Assembly (NCBI GenBank): GCA_963832165.1
Contig: CAWHTE010000002.1
Span: 320,001-384,000, forward strand
Source: an uncultured delta proteobacterium
Lineage (GTDB): Bacteria > Myxococcota_A > UBA9160 > SMWR01
Length of the DNA stretch: 64,000 bases
Direction of reading: 5' to 3'
Shown here: piece after piece, positions 51,936 to 62,821 of the stretch
Layout of the letters: every line of letters begins with the position of its first letter
Numbering within the stretch: the stretch's first letter is position 1
The notes under the pieces: model-generated
Told to the model about the DNA's origin: nothing
The model's database searches: none
The model's input: the letters and a program-made list of their open reading frames with translations, nothing else
Position numbers and translations under genes: made by a program

Positions 51936-53993
51936 CTACTGCCCGCCGCGAGCCACGGCCTCGGCGCCCGGTCCGTCGCGGTGGGTCAATGCGACCAGGT
52001 CGGCGAGCACCTCGACCGCCTCGGTGACCTGGGGATCGTTCTCTTCCTCGGGCTCCGGCTTCGCCTTCGCCTTGGCCTTCGAATCGCCGCCCTTCGCCTT
52101 GTCCTTCGCCTTGTCCTTGTCCTTGTTGCCGTTCGAGCCGTTGGCCTTGGCGTTCGAGTCCTCGCGCTCCTTGATGATGTCGGCGAGACGCACGATGCCT
52201 TCGTGGGCCTTCGCCTCCGCGAGCTTGGTGCGCACCTCTTCGAACTCCGAGCTCTTCGCGATGCGCTCCGACGAAGTTCGCACGAGCTCGGCGAGCGCGG
52301 GCCCCGAGACCTGGCTGTCGACGTCGGCGGGACCGATCGCGTTCGCGAAGCTGCCGTAGAGCGCGGGACGGCTCTCCCCCGAGAGCGCGAACGGCTGATG
52401 CCGCTCGCCGAGGTCGTCGGTGGCGAGCAGCGACGGAATCACCACGTCCGCGGCAACGCCGTCGTTCTGCGTCGAGCGCCCGCCCGGGCGGAAGAAGCGC
52501 GCCGTGGTGATCTTGAGCGCGCCGAGGCCCGGCGGAAGCGGAGTCACGGTCTGCACGGTGCCCTTGCCGAAGGTGTGGTCGTCGCCCGTGATCACGGCGC
52601 GGCGGTAGTCCTTGAGTGCGCCCGCGAGGATCTCCGACGCCGACGCGGACACGCGCGAGACGTGTACGACCATCGGCCCGGTGTAGAGAATCCGCTCGTC
52701 GCGGTCGGACAGCACGCTCATCTGTCGGCGCGCGTTCTCCACTCCCACGACTTCGCCCTTGCGGATGAAGAATCCCGAGATCTTGACCGCGTGCTCGAGC
52801 AGCCCGCCACCGTTGCGCGAGAGGTCGAGCAGGAGCCCATCCGCCTTCGCCTCCTTCACCTGCGTGAGGAGGTTCTCGACGTCGTCGGTGCACTGGCGCT
52901 GACCCGGGTCCGAGTCGCCGTAGAAGGAGGGGAGGTCGATGATCGCGAGCTTGAACGGCTTGCCGTTGCGCTCGCGCGTCTCGAAGCGCAGGCTGGCCGC
53001 CTGCTCAGCGAGATCGATCTTGTCGCGCACGATCGCGAGCGGGAAGCGCTCCGTCTCGTCGCCCTGGCGCAGCACGGTCAGGTGGACCTTGGTGCCTTTC
53101 TTGCCGCGGATCAGGCTGACCGCGTCGCGCAGCGGCATGTCCACGATGTTGACCGCCTCGCCGCCCTCTTCCGCGACCGCGATGATCTTGTCGTTGGGCT
53201 CGAGACCGTTCTCGATCCGGTCGGCGGCGCCGCCCGGGATGATCCGCTCGACCACCGAGTAGCCGTCGCGCTCGGACAGCGCGACGCCGATTCCCTCGAG
53301 CGAGAGCGACATCGAGATGCGGAAGTCCTCGACCGCTTCCGGCGACAGGTAGTTCGAGTGCGGGTCGAGGGCGGTCGCGAACGAATCGAGGAAGATCGAG
53401 AAGATCTCCCACTGCGGGATCTCGCGCAGGCGCTTGGTGCGCAGCTCGTAGCGGTGCGCGAGCAGTCGCTTCGCCTCGGCGAGCTTCTCTCCGGCTCCGA
53501 GATAGTTCGACATCTGGAAGTGGACGAGGCGCCGCCAGAGCTCGTTGCGCTCGTCCTCGTTCTTCGGATAGCCGCGCTCGTCCGGGTCGATCCGGATCTC
53601 GACGCTCTCGTCGAGCTTGAAGTTCTCGTCGGCCATGAGCGCCTTCGCGTGGACTTCCGACGCGGTCTGCAGCGCGATCAGTCGCTCGTGGACGCCCATG
53701 ATCTGGCTGCAGTTCCCGGCCTGGAGGTTCTCGAACACGCCCGCGAGCTTCGCGCGCAGCTCGCCGACCTCGTTCTCGAGCATCAAGCTGCGAGAGGTAT
53801 CGAGGCGGTGGAGATAGCTCTCGATGGCGCGCTGCTCGATGTCGGCGCCGAGCGCGCTCTGGGTCACGTGGTGTTTCAGGAACTCGCGCGCGAGCTGACC
53901 GATGCTCGGGCAGTCGAGCTCGGCGGCCGCGGGCGTCGCGACGACCAGAGCAGCGAGCAGGGCCAGGGAACGGCGAATTTGGCGCAGGATCAT
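51936..53993 (-). CDS. prc: Carboxy-terminal processing (tail-specific, S41) protease
   Basis: DPHSNYLSP, SLEGIG, PDZ, RNGGGLL, SASASEI, TFGKGTVQ. Confidence 0.93.
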   Translation of the reverse strand: MILRQIRRSLALLAALVVATPAAAELDCPSIGQLAREFLKHHVTQSALGADIEQRAIESYLHRLDTSRSLMLENEVGELRAKLAGVFENLQAGNCSQIMGVHERLIALQTASEVHAKALMADENFKLDESVEIRIDPDERGYPKNEDERNELWRRLVHFQMSNYLGAGEKLAEAKRLLAHRYELRTKRLREIPQWEIFSIFLDSFATALDPHSNYLSPEAVEDFRISMSLSLEGIGVALSERDGYSVVERIIPGGAADRIENGLEPNDKIIAVAEEGGEAVNIVDMPLRDAVSLIRGKKGTKVHLTVLRQGDETERFPLAIVRDKIDLAEQAASLRFETRERNGKPFKLAIIDLPSFYGDSDPGQRQCTDDVENLLTQVKEAKADGLLLDLSRNGGGLLEHAVKISGFFIRKGEVVGVENARRQMSVLSDRDERILYTGPMVVHVSRVSASASEILAGALKDYRRAVITGDDHTFGKGTVQTVTPLPPGLGALKITTARFFRPGGRSTQNDGVAADVVIPSLLATDDLGERHQPFALSGESRPALYGSFANAIGPADVDSQVSGPALAELVRTSSERIAKSSEFEEVRTKLAEAKAHEGIVRLADIIKEREDSNAKANGSNGNKDKDKAKDKAKGGDSKAKAKAKPEPEEENDPQVTEAVEVLADLVALTHRDGPGAEAVARGGQ

Positions 53994-54126
53994 GGAGCGG
54001 TTATCGGACGGCGCGGTCCCATACTTTTCTTTTCTAACTCTAGCGGGGAGTCCCGACGCGGGAGTATCGCACGCCCCGCACCCCCCGATCCGCCTCGCGC
54101 CGCACCACCCACGGGGAGCGCCGCGC

Positions 54127-55575
54127 CTAGTACCGGTAGTGGTCGGACTTGTAGGGCCCCTCGACCGGCACGCCGATGTAGGCGGCCTGGTCCGCGGAGA
54201 GCTGGGTGAGCCTCACGCCGAGCTGACCGAGGTGCAGCCGCGCCACCTCCTCGTCGAGCGCCTTCGGCAGCACGTAGACCCGCTTCTCGTACTTGTCGTT
54301 GCGCTGCCAGAGCTCGAGCTGGGCGAGCACCTGGTTGGTGAACGAAGCGCTCATCACGAAGCTCGGGTGGCCGGTCGCGCAGCCCAGGTTGAGCAGGCGC
54401 CCTTCGGCGAGCACGAGCACCGAGTGGCCGTCCGGGAAGACCCACTCGTCGTACTGCGGCTTGATGTTCTCGCACCGGATGCCGGGGGTCTTCTTGAGGC
54501 CCGCGATGTCGATCTCGTTGTCGAAGTGACCGATGTTGCCGACGATCGCCTTGTCCTTCATGCGCGCCATGTGCGCCGCGGTGATGATGTCCTTGTTGCC
54601 GGTCGCGGTGACGAAGATGTCCGCGGTCTCCACCACGTCCTCGAGCGTCGCGACCTGGTAGCCCTCCATCGCGGCCTGGAGTGCACAGATCGGGTCGATC
54701 TCGGTGATGACGACGCGGCAGCCCTGGCCGCGCAGCGCCTGGGCGCAGCCCTTGCCCACCTCGCCGAAGCCGCACACCACGCCGACCTTGCCGCCGAGCA
54801 TCACGTCGGTGGCGCGCATCAGGCCGTCGGGCAGCGAGTGCCGGCAGCCGTAGATGTTGTCGAACTTGCTCTTGGTGACGGAGTCGTTCACGTTGATCGC
54901 GGGGAACGCGAGCGTGCCGTCCTTCTCCATCTGGTAGAGCCGGTGCACACCGGTCGTCGTCTCCTCGGAGACGCCCTTGATGCCGGCAGCCATGCGCGTC
55001 CAGCGCGTCGTGTCGCGCAGCTGCTCGCGGCGCAGTGTGTCGAGGATGATTCCCCACTCCTCGGGCTCCGAGTCGGGCTTGAAGTCGGGCACCTTGCCCG
55101 CGGCCTCGAACTCCGCGCCCTTGTGCACGAGCAGCGTGGCGTCGCCGCCGTCGTCGACGATCAGGTTCGGACCGCTGCCGTCGGGCCACACGAGCGCCTC
55201 GACCGTGCACCACCAGTACTCGTCGAGCGTCTCGCCCTTCCACGCGAACACGGCGATGCCCTGCGGATCTTCGGGGGTGCCGTTGGGACCCACCGCGACC
55301 GCCGCGGCGGCCTGGTCCTGCGTGGAGAAGATGTTGCACGACACCCAGCGCACGTCGGCGCCGAGGTGCGTGAGCGTCTCGATCAACACGGCGGTCTGCA
55401 CGGTCATGTGCAGGCTGCCCATGATGTTCGCGCCCGCGAGCGGCTTGCTGTTCCCGTAGCGCGCGCGCAGCGCCATCAGACCGGGCATCTCCTGCTCGGC
55501 GAGCCGGATCTCCTTGCGGCCGGCGACGGCGAGATCGAGGTCCTTCACCTTGAAGCGCGGGCGGGACTGCGACAT
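54127..55575 (-). CDS. ahcY: Adenosylhomocysteinase
   Basis: [50 protein letters not shown]. Confidence 0.98.
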   Translation of the reverse strand: MSQSRPRFKVKDLDLAVAGRKEIRLAEQEMPGLMALRARYGNSKPLAGANIMGSLHMTVQTAVLIETLTHLGADVRWVSCNIFSTQDQAAAAVAVGPNGTPEDPQGIAVFAWKGETLDEYWWCTVEALVWPDGSGPNLIVDDGGDATLLVHKGAEFEAAGKVPDFKPDSEPEEWGIILDTLRREQLRDTTRWTRMAAGIKGVSEETTTGVHRLYQMEKDGTLAFPAINVNDSVTKSKFDNIYGCRHSLPDGLMRATDVMLGGKVGVVCGFGEVGKGCAQALRGQGCRVVITEIDPICALQAAMEGYQVATLEDVVETADIFVTATGNKDIITAAHMARMKDKAIVGNIGHFDNEIDIAGLKKTPGIRCENIKPQYDEWVFPDGHSVLVLAEGRLLNLGCATGHPSFVMSASFTNQVLAQLELWQRNDKYEKRVYVLPKALDEEVARLHLGQLGVRLTQLSADQAAYIGVPVEGPYKSDHYRY

Positions 55576-55626
55576 GCGCGGAATCTCCTCAGCGAGGTCG
55601 TCCGCTGCGCGGGTCGCCTCTTCTAT

Positions 55627-55646
55627 TCATCCGTTTATGCGGATGC
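55627..55646. promoter_or_regulatory. Palindromic candidate operator upstream of ahcY
   Basis: CATCCG-tttatg-CGGATG. Confidence 0.5.
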
Positions 55647-55705
55647 AGTGTTCCAAAGCTTGAGCCCGATGTCGAGGCCAATCTGTATCTGCCCCTCGGG
55701 GAGGC

Positions 55706-56095
55706 TCAGTGGAGGGCCTGGGGCTGTCGCAGATCGAAGCGCTCGATCTCGGCGTCGAAGTGCGAGCCGTCGTCGCGGACCATCTGATAGGTGCCCTCCA
55801 TCGAACCGAAGGGCGTGTCGAGCGGGCAGCCGGACGTGTACTCGAACGCGTCGCCCGGCTCGAGCACGGGCTGCTCGCCCACCACTCCGGGTCCGCGGAC
55901 TTCTTCGATGCGGCCCGCACCGTTGCGGATGATCCAGTGTCGCGAGACCAGCTGGCAGGTCCGCTCACCCTCGTTGCGCAACCGGATCGTATAGAGAAAG
56001 AACCACTGACTGTGTCCGGGATCGGAGTGCTCGGCCGAATAACGCGCCTCGACCTGCACGCGCAAGCCCTGCGTCACCGACTCGGACCGCGTCAC
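55706..56095 (-). CDS. apaG: ApaG protein
   Basis: QLVSRHWII, EVRGPGVVGEQP, YTSGCPL.TP.GSM.G.Y. Confidence 0.95.
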   Translation of the reverse strand: MTRSESVTQGLRVQVEARYSAEHSDPGHSQWFFLYTIRLRNEGERTCQLVSRHWIIRNGAGRIEEVRGPGVVGEQPVLEPGDAFEYTSGCPLDTPFGSMEGTYQMVRDDGSHFDAEIERFDLRQPQALH

Positions 56096-57009
56096 GTGGT
56101 CCAACGTGTGTCCTCCACGGCGACGCCCACCCAATCGCAGGAGAGGTTCCACAGCCGCCGCGCTGCGTCGCCGTCGCTCGCCGCGCTGCTCGGCTGATGC
56201 TCGCGGCACTCGGCGAAATAGCGCCCGCTCGTGTTCGCGAGCTCGGGCGACGTGGCGACGTAGAGCGACGTCGCCGCGCCCTGCTCGGGAGTCTTCCCGA
56301 ACAAGCGCATCGGGAGCTGGGCAATCTTCGCAAGCGCGCCCGTGTTCGTGCCGAGGCGCGTCGCCACGCCACCCGGGTGAACCGCGTTGGCCGTGACTCG
56401 CGTTCCCTCGAGGCGGCGCGCGAGCTCGGCCGTGAACAGGATGTTCGCGAGCTTGGACCGCCCGTAGACGCGCAAGCCCGTGACGACCGTCGGAAATCCG
56501 AAGCCGCGCTCGGCCATCGGATCGTCGAAGTCGAAGCCGCCCGTGAATTTGTGGGCATCGGACGCCACGTTCACCACGCGCGCGGGGCCGCTCGCGAGCA
56601 GCCGCTCGCGCAAGAGATGCGTGAGCAGGAACGGCGCGAGGTGGTTTACCGCGAGCGTCATCTCGTAGCCGTCGACAGTAAGGACCCGCTCTCTCATCAC
56701 GAGGCCTGCGTTATTCACGAGCAGGTGCAGCGCGGGGTACCGCTCGCAGAACTCGCGCGCGAGGCCGCGCACTGCCTCGAGCGAGGCGAAGTCCGCGAGC
56801 AGCACGTCGACGCGCGAGTTCCCGGTTCGCTCCGTCACGTCCTTGCGCGCGGCTTCCGCGCGCGCGCGATCGCGCCCGACCAGCACCACCTGGGCACCGC
56901 GCGCAGCGAGGCCGACGGCGGTCTCCTGTCCGATCCCCGAGGTCGCGCCCGTCACGAGCGCGATGCGCCCGTCGAGCGATCGCGCGTTGGAATCCTGCTT
57001 CGTCGTCAT
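56092..57009 (-). CDS. SDR oxidoreductase (retinol dehydrogenase-like)
   Basis: TGATSGIG, NNAG, VNHL, YGRSKLAN, HPG. Confidence 0.93.
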   Translation of the reverse strand: MTTKQDSNARSLDGRIALVTGATSGIGQETAVGLAARGAQVVLVGRDRARAEAARKDVTERTGNSRVDVLLADFASLEAVRGLAREFCERYPALHLLVNNAGLVMRERVLTVDGYEMTLAVNHLAPFLLTHLLRERLLASGPARVVNVASDAHKFTGGFDFDDPMAERGFGFPTVVTGLRVYGRSKLANILFTAELARRLEGTRVTANAVHPGGVATRLGTNTGALAKIAQLPMRLFGKTPEQGAATSLYVATSPELANTSGRYFAECREHQPSSAASDGDAARRLWNLSCDWVGVAVEDTRWTT

Positions 57010-57036
57010 CGGAGACCTCCTCGTCGACCGGCGATT

Positions 57037-59098
57037 CTACGCCCCGCGGAGCCCACACGCGAGGATCGCCACGAATTCGCCCGGCGACAGCACTCGCTCG
57101 GCGAAGAGATCGACGAGCGCATCGTGCAGCGCGAGAGTGCGCGCGCGGCGATTCGAGGTGCTCGCACCGAGCGCGTGAAGCCGATCCGCGATCGTGCAGC
57201 CCTGCGCGTCGGCGCGCTCGCGCACGTGTGAATCGCAGCTGTTCCAGACCACCGTCGGCGCGAACCGTGAAATCGGACACGCGTCGCGTGCATCGGTGCG
57301 GCCGTCGCCATCGCGGTCCGGAAAGAGGTCGACGAGCACGGGGTCGTGATCGGACGCGCGGAACGGATCGGGCGCAAACGCATCGGGCGGGTTGTCTTCG
57401 CGATAGTCGAACAGCGGCGGCTCGTCGGAGTTGGCGTGCCACACCGCGGCGCCGCCCGCGAGCCGTGCGAGGTCGGGGCTCGCGAGCGCGTGGTCGAGCC
57501 GGCCCGCCGCGGCGTCGAAGACGTAGCTGTAGGTGTCGGGTCCGCTGAATCGCGCGAGCAGATCGACGAAGCCCGCGGCGGAGAGCGCAGCGATGGGATC
57601 CTCGGCCGGGTAGCTGTTCAGGTCGCCCACGATCAGCGCGGACGCGCTGCCGGCGCGTGTGGGATCCGCAGCGAGCCACGCCGCCAGCGCCGTCGCTGCG
57701 CGCGTGCGCGTGAGATTGCAGTCGCCCTGGCCATCCCCTCGGTCGGGATCGCCGCTGCGCTCGCAGGACGATGCCTTCGACTTCCAGTGGTTCAACGCGA
57801 TGGTGAAGCGCTCGCGCGTACCCGCGTGCACGAAGCTCTGCGCGAGGCTCGGGCGATTGCGTGTGGAATCGAAGTCCGGGTGCGCGCGCTCGTCGAGCAC
57901 CGCGGGCGAGCCGAGCGGCGCGACGCGATCTCCGCGATAGAGGATGCCGACCGAGATCTCCTGATCACCGAGCGCGTTCGCTCCGGGATCGACCCAATCG
58001 ATCGGCGCGCCGATCCGATCCGCGAGCGCCGCCGCGAGCTCGCGCGCCGCGCTTCCGGGTGCGACGCCATCGTTCTCGAGCTCGGCGAGCGCGAACACGT
58101 CGGCGTCGGTGGCCGCGAGCATCGCGACGAGCTTGGCGCGCTGGCGCGCGAGCTCGCGCGCGTTCGCGGCGCCGCGCGTCGGAAACCCGCCGCCGGATCC
58201 GTCGCCGTTGAAGAAGTTCTCGACGTTCCAGGCCGCGACGCGCAGCGCGCCGCGCGGGCGCGCGCGGCTCGGGCCGCGCACCTGCGGACTCGAACCGGAT
58301 CGGCTGGGTAGGGTGGATCCGGAAGCTGCCGAACGCGAAGTCGACGACTCCCTCGATGCGCGCGAGTCGATCGCCGAGCCGCAGCGCGCGGCCCTGCGCA
58401 GTTTGGAGGTAGGGGGTTGGATCGGGCCAGCGCACGTGTCGGCCGTCGTCGAGGAGCAGACGGTGGCGCAGATTGCGCTCGTGCCACGCGCGTGCGGGGT
58501 TACCCGGCAGCGCGCGCTGCGTGGGCGCGAACAGGCGCTCGCCCGCGGCGAGCACGAGCTCGCCGAATCGGCCCAGCTGCTCCGCACCGCTCGCCACGAG
58601 CGGCTGCTCGATGCGCACGCGCATGCCCTCGATGCGCTCCCAGCCCAGAGCATCGACCGGGAGCTGCGCGATCACAGGGCTCGCCGCTCCGCGCGCGGGG
58701 CACCGCTGCACCCAGTCGATGCGGCCGATCTCGGTGAGACCGAAGAACTCGCGCACTTCGCCGCTCACGCGCACGGTTTCACCGGCCTGCACACCGCGCT
58801 GGTCGGGCGCGAATACGAACAGGCCCTCGGAGGAGAGCTCGCTCGCATCCGCGTCGAAGTCTTCTTCCTGCACGAAGAAGCCGCCGAGCCCGTCGGGGTC
58901 GGGGAAGTCGGCCACCGCGACCCCTTCGACGACGACGCCCGCAATCCCCGCGAGCGGACTCGATGCGCCGGTGCCCTGGATCGCGTGGATCGCAGTGGCG
59001 GGAGCGCCGCACTCCGAATCCGCAGCGGCGCACGGCGCGAGCGGCACAACCAGCCAGGCGGCGATCGGAATCGAGACGAGCGAGGCGCGCGTGCCCAA
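57037..59098 (-). CDS. ExeM/NucH-family extracellular endonuclease; frameshift near 58265
   Basis: IHAIQG, GFFVQEED, ERIEGMRV, NVENFFNG, NRPSLAQ, NHWKSK, GDLNSY, SDHDPV. Confidence 0.9.
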
Positions 59099-59264
59099 GG
59101 TTCCACCTCCGGCGGGTGCACGGCACCCGCAAAGTCGGGACCTCGAGCCAGTGATCGGGGTGAGCCGACGGCGCGAATGCGCCGTCCCTGCCTGACTAGC
59201 ACACGAGAGTCGCTACGGGCCCGCTCGTGTCGCTTTGATCGGGATCCGACGCAAACGGACCTTC

Positions 59265-60200
59265 TCAGGCGAACGCGGGTGCCACCTTCTCCGCGAACAG
59301 CCGCGCGGGCTCGCGCGTGTCGCGGCCGAAGAACTCGATCACGAAGAGGCTCACGCCGAGCGCGCGGTGGCGCTCGATGCGCTCGATCACGCCTTCGGGC
59401 GAGCCCCAGATGCCGTGCTCTTCGAGCGCGGCGCCCATGTGACCGCCGTAGATCTTCTTCGCCTTCTCGAGCGCGCCCTTCGCGGCGGCCTCGTCTTCCG
59501 CGATCACGACGACGCACTGCTGGGAGATCTCGATCGAGTCGGGATCGCGGCCCTGCTGCTCGCAGCGGCGCCGCAGCGCCTCGACCTTCTTCGGTAGCTG
59601 CGCCTGGAACACGGCCATGTTGTTCCAGACGTCGGCGTGGCGCGCGGCGATCCCCATGAGCACCTGCTCGCCGCCGCCGCCGATCAGGATCTCCGGGCGC
59701 GTCGTGGGCTTCGGCTCGCACAGCGCATCCTTCACATGGAAGTGTCGGCCCTCGAACGTGGCCTTCTCCTGGGTCCACATCCGCTTCAGGATCTCGACCA
59801 TCTCGTCGAGCGCGCGCAGGCGCTCGCGCGTGCTCGGAAACGCGCAGCCGGTCTGCTCGAACTCGGGCGGGAACCAGCCCGCGCCGAGTCCTGCGATCAC
59901 GCGCCCGGGTGCGATCTGATCGATCGTTGCGATCTGCTTGGCGAGGATCGCGGGGTTGCGGAAGAAGGGCGGCGTCACGAGCGTGCCGAGCTTCACGCGC
60001 TCCGTGATCGCGGCGACCGCGGAGAGCAGCGTCCACCCCTCGAGGATCGGCAGGTTGGGCAGCGGCACGCCGTACACGTGATCGCACACCCAGACCGAGT
60101 CGAAGCCGAGCGCGTCGACGTCGCGCGCGCACGCGGAGGTCTCCGCCCAGGTGCGTTTGATCTGCGGAAGGGTCACACCGAAGCGGACCGGTCGGGGCAT
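59265..60200 (-). CDS. LLM-class flavin/F420-dependent oxidoreductase
   Basis: GFDSVWVCDH, RNPAILAK, GLGAGW, IGGGGE. Confidence 0.9.
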   Translation of the reverse strand: MPRPVRFGVTLPQIKRTWAETSACARDVDALGFDSVWVCDHVYGVPLPNLPILEGWTLLSAVAAITERVKLGTLVTPPFFRNPAILAKQIATIDQIAPGRVIAGLGAGWFPPEFEQTGCAFPSTRERLRALDEMVEILKRMWTQEKATFEGRHFHVKDALCEPKPTTRPEILIGGGGEQVLMGIAARHADVWNNMAVFQAQLPKKVEALRRRCEQQGRDPDSIEISQQCVVVIAEDEAAAKGALEKAKKIYGGHMGAALEEHGIWGSPEGVIERIERHRALGVSLFVIEFFGRDTREPARLFAEKVAPAFA

Positions 60201-60245
60201 GCATCCTCCGGGCGGCGAGAAGTCATTCTACTACTCTCGGCGGCG

Positions 60246-61067
60246 ATGCCGCTCGCGGTCGAGATCGACAGCCTCGACGATCCGCGCGTTGCCGCGTACC
60301 GCAACGTGCGCGACGCCGATCTTCGCGCGCGCGACGGGCTGTTCCTGACCGAGGGGCGGCTCAACGTGAAGCGGCTGATCATGGGGTCGCGCTTTCGCAC
60401 GCGCTCCGTGCTGGTGACGGAGACGGCGCTGCACGCGATCTCGCCCGCGCTCGAGCGGCTCGACACGGGCACACCCGTCTACGTGGCCGCGCATTCACTC
60501 GTCGCCGACGTGGTGGGCTATGCCATGCACCGCGGCTGCCTCGCCGTCGGCGAGCGCGGCGCCGAGCCGGAGCTCGCGCCCTTCCTCGCGAGCGCGCGGC
60601 CGCGCACGCTGCTCGTGCTCGAGGACGTCTCCAATCCCGAGAACGTCGGCGCGGTGTTCCGCAACGCGCTCGCGCTCGGCGCCGACGGTGTGGTTCTGAC
60701 ACGGCGTTGTGTCGACCCGCTCTACCGCCGCACGATCCGGGTGTCGATGGGCGCGTCGCTGCGGCTCGGCTATGCCCGCGCCGAGAACGGCGCGGCGGCG
60801 CTCGCGGAGCTGCGCGCGGCGGGTTTCACGAACGTCGCGCTCACCGCCTCGCGCGACGCCGCGCCGCTCGAGCGCGAACGCGTGGCCCCGCAGCGCCTCG
60901 CGCTCTGGCTCGGCAGCGAGGGCGACGGGCTCTCGCCCGACGTGCTCGCGGGCGTCGAGCGGCACGTGACGATCCCGATGGCGTCTGGCGCCGACTCGCT
61001 CAACGTCGCGACGGCGTCCGGAATCGCGCTGCATCACTACCGCGCGCTCGCGGAGGAGTCGCGTTGA
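60246..61067 (+). CDS. TrmH/SpoU RNA methyltransferase
   Basis: NPENVGAVFRNA, RVSMG, GSEGDGL, IPM...DSLNVA. Confidence 0.92.
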   Translation: MPLAVEIDSLDDPRVAAYRNVRDADLRARDGLFLTEGRLNVKRLIMGSRFRTRSVLVTETALHAISPALERLDTGTPVYVAAHSLVADVVGYAMHRGCLAVGERGAEPELAPFLASARPRTLLVLEDVSNPENVGAVFRNALALGADGVVLTRRCVDPLYRRTIRVSMGASLRLGYARAENGAAALAELRAAGFTNVALTASRDAAPLERERVAPQRLALWLGSEGDGLSPDVLAGVERHVTIPMASGADSLNVATASGIALHHYRALAEESR

Positions 61068-61783
61068 GCCGCGTGCTGATCGTGAAGACGGGCGGCACGC
61101 TGCCCGAGGTGCGCGCGCAGCGCGGCGATTACGAGGCGTGGATCGCTGAAGGCATGGGGCTCACGCGCGGAGACGTCGACGTGGTGTCGGTTGCGCAGGG
61201 CGAGCCGCTGCCCGCACCCGAGTCGCCCGCGGGCGTCGTGGTGACGGGCTCGTCCGCGATGGTGAGCCACCGAGAGCCCTGGAGCGAGCGCCTTGCCGAG
61301 TGGCTCGCGAGCGCGGTGGAGCGCGCGACGCCCGTGCTCGGCATCTGCTATGGCCACCAGCTGCTCGCCCATGCGCTCGGCGGCGCGGTGGGCCCCAATC
61401 CGCGCGGCCGCGAGATCGGCACTGTGCAGGTGCGCAGCCTCGCGCCCGCGCAGCGCGATCCCCTGTTGAGTGTCTGGGGAGCCGCAGAGCCCGCGCACGC
61501 CACTCATTTCGAGAGCGTGCTCGAGCTGCCCGCGAGCGCGGTCCGGCTCGCCGAGAGCGATCTCGATCCGGTGCAGGCGTTCGCGGCCGGCGCGTGCGCC
61601 TGGGGCGTGCAGTTCCACCCCGAGTTCGACGCCGACACCACGCGCGCCTACGTCGCCGCGCGCCGCGACAAGCTGCGCGGTGAAGGGCTCGACCCCGACG
61701 CGCTGCTCGCGGATGTGCGCGAGTCGCCGGGTGGACCGCGCCTGTTGCGCCGCTTCGCGGAACTGCTTCGCAAGCCCGCTTGA
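61064..61783 (+). CDS. Class I glutamine amidotransferase
   Basis: VVTGS, LGICYGHQ, GVQFHPEF. Confidence 0.9.
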   Translation: MSRVLIVKTGGTLPEVRAQRGDYEAWIAEGMGLTRGDVDVVSVAQGEPLPAPESPAGVVVTGSSAMVSHREPWSERLAEWLASAVERATPVLGICYGHQLLAHALGGAVGPNPRGREIGTVQVRSLAPAQRDPLLSVWGAAEPAHATHFESVLELPASAVRLAESDLDPVQAFAAGACAWGVQFHPEFDADTTRAYVAARRDKLRGEGLDPDALLADVRESPGGPRLLRRFAELLRKPA

Positions 61784-61816
61784 TGGTACGATGCGCGTTC
61801 CCACCAGGAGACCGCC

Positions 61817-62821
61817 ATGGCGACCATCTACCACGACTCCGACGCCGACCTCTCTGCGCTCTCGGGCCAGACCGTCGCGGTGGTCGGCTACGGCAACCAG
61901 GGGCGCTCCCAGGCGCTGAACCTGCGCGATTCGGGCGTCGACGTGGTGGTGGGCAACATCCGCGACTACGCGCTCGAGGCGGCCGAGGCCGACGGCTTCG
62001 CCGTGCAGCCGATCGCCGATGCGTGCGCGGCAGCGGACTGCGTGATGCTGCTGATCCCCGACGAGGTGATGCCCGAGGTCTACGCGCAGCACGTCGCGCC
62101 GCAGCTCTCGAACGGAAACCTGATCTCGTTCGCCTCGGGCTACAACGTGGCGTTCGGGCTGATCGAGGCCGCGCCCGAGCTCGACGTCGTGCTCGTCGCG
62201 CCGCGCATGATCGGCGTCGGCGTGCGCGACGCCTATCTCGGCGGTCGCGGCTTTCCCGCGTTCGTGGGCGTGCACCATGACGCGACGGGCACTGCGCACG
62301 CGCGCATGCTCGCGCTCTCGAAGGGAATCGGTGCCACGCGCGGCGGCTGCATCGCGATGTCGATGCACGACGAGGCCAGCCTCGACCTGTTCACCGAGCA
62401 GGGTTTCGGCCCCGCCTTCGGCCGTGTGATGATGAGCGCGGTCGAGCTGCTCGTCTCGGCGGGCTATCCGCCCGAAGCGGTGCTTGTCGAGCTCTATCTC
62501 TCCGGCGAGTTCGCGTACTCGCTCGAGAAGATCCGCGAGGTGGGCATGACGCGGCAGATGGACTTCCACTCGCGCACGAGCCAGTACGGCAGCATCACGC
62601 GCGGAGCGCGCTACCTCGGGCTCGACGCGGCGCTCAAGGAGAAGATGGGCGCGGTGCTCGAGGAGATCCGCTCGGGCGCGTTCGCCAAGGAGTGGTCGGA
62701 GCGGCAGGAGGAGGCGAACGAGATCTTCGAGAAGATCCGCGCGATTCGCGAGGAACTGCCGTTCACGAAGTGGGAGGACTCCGCGCGCAAAGCCTTCCGG
62801 ATCGGCAACGCCTCCGAGTGA
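61817..62821 (+). CDS. ilvC: Ketol-acid reductoisomerase
   Basis: GYGNQGRSQALNLRDSG, LIPDE, DLFTEQ, SRTSQYG. Confidence 0.9.
   Translation: MATIYHDSDADLSALSGQTVAVVGYGNQGRSQALNLRDSGVDVVVGNIRDYALEAAEADGFAVQPIADACAAADCVMLLIPDEVMPEVYAQHVAPQLSNGNLISFASGYNVAFGLIEAAPELDVVLVAPRMIGVGVRDAYLGGRGFPAFVGVHHDATGTAHARMLALSKGIGATRGGCIAMSMHDEASLDLFTEQGFGPAFGRVMMSAVELLVSAGYPPEAVLVELYLSGEFAYSLEKIREVGMTRQMDFHSRTSQYGSITRGARYLGLDAALKEKMGAVLEEIRSGAFAKEWSERQEEANEIFEKIRAIREELPFTKWEDSARKAFRIGNASE

Noticed and set aside
52060..52150. Short tandem repeat (CCTTCG/CCTTGT)
   Set aside because: It encodes a low-complexity KD/KA linker in the Prc C-terminus and is not an independent element.
51546..53993. Integron integrase next to the attI-like site
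   Set aside because: The region encodes BolA and Prc; no tyrosine-recombinase motifs were found in the listed ORFs.
55576..55705. Canonical SAH riboswitch upstream of ahcY
   Set aside because: CCGAGGGGC is present, but the following GCUGC, CAGGCUCGG and downstream GGCGC pseudoknot partner are not; kept only as a low-confidence structure.
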